Shown one piece after another: positions 17,046 to 20,000 of a DNA stretch of 20,000 bases. The stretch is from the sequence record SRR2962707_2060, one strand, 5' to 3'. Below the pieces are notes generated by a model. The model was given only the letters and a program-made list of their open reading frames with translations, was not told the DNA's origin and did not search any database. Every line of letters begins with the position of its first letter. Position 1 is the stretch's first letter. Position numbers and translations under genes: made by a program.

Positions 17046-17720
17046 TTAGTCGTTTTTTATTTTCAGCGCTTTTGCGACAACTGACCAAATTTTGTACGCA
17101 ATTTCATCGATTTGGCCTGAAGCATCGACAACCCTGCACCGTTTTGGCTCTGCCTTCGCAATTTTCAAAAATGCTTCGCGGCGGGCCTGATGCTGTTTGA
17201 CTGTTTCGCCTTCAAAACGGTCTACTTCAACATCTGGTGCGCGGCGACTGGCCGCGCGATGCAAGCCGATTTCCGGATCTAGATCTAGAATTATTGTTAG
17301 GTCAGGCACAGTGCCATGAATGGCAACTCGCTCTAAAGTCGAGACAAATTGCTTGTCTAGATCATTGCTGTCGCCTTGATAAACTCGCGTTGAATCCATG
17401 AAGCGATCAATTATGACCACATCACCGCGGGCTAATGCCGGTTTTATCACCTGCTCAACGTGATCTAATCGCGCAGCAGCAAAAAGCAGCGCTTCAAGCT
17501 CAGGCCCTAGTGATTGTGCCGCAGCTTTATCCAGAACGACATGGCGAACAGCTTCAGCGCCAATTGTACCGCCCGGCTCGCGCGACATCGTTATTTGCTT
17601 GCCTGCCTTTTTAAGCCGATCAGCTAATAGCTTTATTTGCGTACTTTTACCGACGCCCTCACCGCCTTCAAATGTGATGAAGAAACCAGAGGATGGTGAA
17701 TTGCTTGCCGCACTGCTCAT
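17046..17720 (-). CDS. tmk: Thymidylate kinase
   Basis: FITFEGGEGVGKSTQ P-loop, SREPGG, IDRFMDSTRVYQG and PDLTIILD motifs; ATGA overlap with dacA. Confidence 0.96.
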   Translation of the reverse strand: MSSAASNSPSSGFFITFEGGEGVGKSTQIKLLADRLKKAGKQITMSREPGGTIGAEAVRHVVLDKAAAQSLGPELEALLFAAARLDHVEQVIKPALARGDVVIIDRFMDSTRVYQGDSNDLDKQFVSTLERVAIHGTVPDLTIILDLDPEIGLHRAASRRAPDVEVDRFEGETVKQHQARREAFLKIAKAEPKRCRVVDASGQIDEIAYKIWSVVAKALKIKND

Positions 17721-18934
17721 AAAGGTAGATTCTCTTTATATTTATCTTTCGCCCAACCTAGAAGTGATTGAGTGATTGCGTCATAGACGCGGCGATAAAT
17801 TGGCCCTGTTCTTATTGTTTGAGCGGCATAAAGCGGTGTTTCTTGTGCTAGGTCGTCGCCAATATAAATATTGAGTATTGCGATTTCATCACCTTTTTTT
17901 ACCGGCAGCGAGAGTGGGCCGTTATATGCAATTTCTGCCTTTAATTCTCCAAGGTTACTGCGTGGTATGATGAGAGATAGATCGTCCTTTAGCGCCACTG
18001 GAATGCTGGCTTGTTCGCCGCCATTTGCGCGAACATATCCGATGATTTGTTCTCGTTTTATCAATGGAAAGGATTTGAGTTCATTCAGGGCTAAATCTAA
18101 TATTTTGACTGCTTCTTCATTGCGCTGTTTTGAGGTTTCTAGGCCGCTCATAGCAATGATCATGTGCCGGTTATTTTTGCGAAATGAGCCGACCAGTGCA
18201 TATCCAGATTCATCTGTAAATCCGGTTCCCATGCCATCAGCGCCAATATCCATTTTGAGCAAAGCGTTGCGGTTAAATTGCCGGATTTTGTTCCAGGTGA
18301 ATTCCTTTTGCGCATAATATTTATAAAGGTCCGGATATTCTTGTTGAATATGCACTGCGAGAACAAGCAAATCGCGCAAGGTTACGACCTGACCGGCCTG
18401 CGTTAAGCCGGTAGAATTATAAAATTTTGAATGCTGCAGACCAATCAGTTTGGCGCGTTCATTCATCAATTTTACAAAGTCTTCTTCTGTTCCTGCGATA
18501 CCTTCAGCGATTATGATACATCCGTCGTTTGCTGACTGGACAATGATACCCTGTATCAAATCTTCGACGCGAATGGATGACTTAAGCTTAGCAAACATTG
18601 TAGAGCCACCTGATGCGGCTCCTCCTTTGTCGAAAGCATTTTTGCTGACAGGGAATTCATCGTCCAAGCTTAGGCGCCCGCTTTTTATCTCATTGAAGAC
18701 AACTTCCATGGTCATTAATTTTGCGAATGAAGCTGGTGCAATGAGGTCGTCCGCATTTTTCTGAAGCAGCATGGATCGCGTATCTACATCATATAAAACG
18801 GCTTGCTTTGCTTCTGTTTCTAAAAGCTCAGCGTAGCTGGTGTTTGTCGTTGCGATGAGTATGGAAAACGATGCGAGTCCAACGAGCAACGCCGCAATTT
18901 TGCGTGTTGTATCTTTGAACCGAGAAAACCGCAT
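17717..18934 (-). CDS. dacA: D-alanyl-D-alanine carboxypeptidase family protein (peptidase S11, PBP5/6-like) with an atypical third motif
   Basis: Signal peptide, PASFAKLMT (SxxK), QSAND (SxN), GMGTGFT at the KTG position, PBP5-like C-terminal domain; rlpA-dac-tmk context. Confidence 0.87.
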   Translation of the reverse strand: MRFSRFKDTTRKIAALLVGLASFSILIATTNTSYAELLETEAKQAVLYDVDTRSMLLQKNADDLIAPASFAKLMTMEVVFNEIKSGRLSLDDEFPVSKNAFDKGGAASGGSTMFAKLKSSIRVEDLIQGIIVQSANDGCIIIAEGIAGTEEDFVKLMNERAKLIGLQHSKFYNSTGLTQAGQVVTLRDLLVLAVHIQQEYPDLYKYYAQKEFTWNKIRQFNRNALLKMDIGADGMGTGFTDESGYALVGSFRKNNRHMIIAMSGLETSKQRNEEAVKILDLALNELKSFPLIKREQIIGYVRANGGEQASIPVALKDDLSLIIPRSNLGELKAEIAYNGPLSLPVKKGDEIAILNIYIGDDLAQETPLYAAQTIRTGPIYRRVYDAITQSLLGWAKDKYKENLPL

Positions 18935-19012
18935 GTTTTATTACTTCCCAAACAATAGCTAATGACCAAACGTATGTTGGTTAGTCATTTACATTGATGC
19001 TGGTGCGTTGCC

Positions 19013-19045
19013 AAACAAAACCTCACGAAAATTATTCCATGAGGT
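19013..19045 (-). terminator. Intrinsic terminator after rlpA
   Basis: Minus-strand RNA CCUCAUGGAA-UAAU-UUUCGUGAGG forms 10 bp with two G-U pairs that work only on this strand, followed by UUUUGUUU. Confidence 0.7.
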
Positions 19046-19073
19046 GCTGATTGAGGAAAATGTTTGGGGTCAG

Positions 19074-19892
19074 TTAGTTGGCTATGCCGTCAAAAGCGTC
19101 ACTAAAGGGCGACGTTTTGGGCTGATCTGCATAGGACGATACGATTCCGTTGGGAACAGTGCCTGAATTTTCGGCCATTATTGGGAGGCCAATTTTACGA
19201 TAAATATCGCTTGGCACACCGCGAATAGATGAGATCAGATAAAGATCGTCTTGGCCGTTGATTGGTGCTGGACCGACATACTCAACTTTTACCGTTGCCG
19301 TGCCTGCTCGGGTGTAGTCCAAAATTTCAGCGGCGCGTTTTGAAAGGTCCATCACGCGATTGTTTGAAAACGGGCCGCGATCATTGACGCGCACAATCAC
19401 TGAATGGCCGTTGGCTACATTTGTCACGCGTGCATAGCTAGGAAGCGGCATTGTCCTATGCGCCGCTGTCAAATGGTTCATGTCGTAGATTTCGCCATTG
19501 GCCGTTTTGCGGCCGTGGAATGCCTTGCCGTACCAAGATGCGCGTCCGACTTGTACCGGTTGCGGTGATGTCGTTGGGACGTAGCGTTTACCTTGTACTA
19601 GATAGGGTGTGCCAACTTTTTCATAGCCGCCGCCGCGAGGTAACCGCGGACCCATCGCCATTATTGGGCTTGCTGCTACGCCATAAGCGCTTTCAGTAAA
19701 AAGTTCTGCGCCGGCTGTTGGTCCATTATCGATAGCCTGCTCATTTTGAAGTTTGAGAAGCGCCATCGCCGTTGGTGTCGGCGTATTCGCTAGGCCAGCT
19801 TTAGGAGTCGTGGGAACGCACGCAGACAAACTAATGGCTGACAGGATCACCGCGATACGCATAGGCGCTATATTTTTGAGTTTTTTCATCAT
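19074..19892 (-). CDS. rlpA: RlpA family lytic transglycosylase lipoprotein (DPBB domain, no SPOR domain)
   Basis: Lipobox LSAC (Cys25), GRASWYG, TANGEIYD, TAAHRTMPLPS, VRVNDRGPF and RVMDLSKRAA motifs. Confidence 0.92.
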   Translation of the reverse strand: MMKKLKNIAPMRIAVILSAISLSACVPTTPKAGLANTPTPTAMALLKLQNEQAIDNGPTAGAELFTESAYGVAASPIMAMGPRLPRGGGYEKVGTPYLVQGKRYVPTTSPQPVQVGRASWYGKAFHGRKTANGEIYDMNHLTAAHRTMPLPSYARVTNVANGHSVIVRVNDRGPFSNNRVMDLSKRAAEILDYTRAGTATVKVEYVGPAPINGQDDLYLISSIRGVPSDIYRKIGLPIMAENSGTVPNGIVSSYADQPKTSPFSDAFDGIAN

Positions 19893-20000
19893 TGTTATCT
19901 AGGCGAATATACAAAACTGATTGCGATGCCAACCCTAATTAGCGGCATTCAATATCACTCATAGCGACAGGTTGTTATATATTCGTTAAGTTTTGTTAGG

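Noticed and set aside
19985..20000. Possible CtrA box upstream of rlpA (minus strand CCTAACAAAACTTAAC)
   Set aside because: Only one good TTAAC half-site, spacing does not match TTAA-N7-TTAA, and it sits at the window edge.
1..20000. Search for tRNA/rRNA genes, CRISPR repeats, IS elements and recombinase sites at the inversion ends
   Set aside because: None seen by eye: intergenic gaps are short, there are no repeat arrays or transposase/integrase ORFs, and no inverted repeat is shared by the 5400 and 17040 junctions.

Overview
Core-genome region of an alphaproteobacterium, most likely Hyphomicrobiales/Rhizobiales (inferred from gene content, protein style and roughly 50% GC by eye). Plus strand: ntrX (5'-truncated)-trkA-dat, then hfq-hflX-holB-metG-tatD-PhnP-like MBL hydrolase. 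Minus strand: a PilZ protein, a STAS-less SulP transporter, an NADPH-dependent FMN reductase and an emrAB efflux pair, divergent from a TetR (EmrR-like) regulator and mazG on the plus strand. The right end carries rlpA-dacA-tmk on the minus strand. I see no mobile element, CRISPR array, RNA gene or defence island, and no convincing new multi-gene system. The most notable points are: (1) an apparent ~11.6 kb inversion (holB..mazG) that splits the usual tmk-holB pair and attaches holB-metG-tatD to hfq-hflX; (2) a DacA/PBP whose KTG motif reads GTG; (3) RlpA without a SPOR domain and SulP without a STAS domain; (4) a clear palindromic operator and overlapping divergent promoters between emrA and tetR; (5) several unexplained intergenic hairpins.
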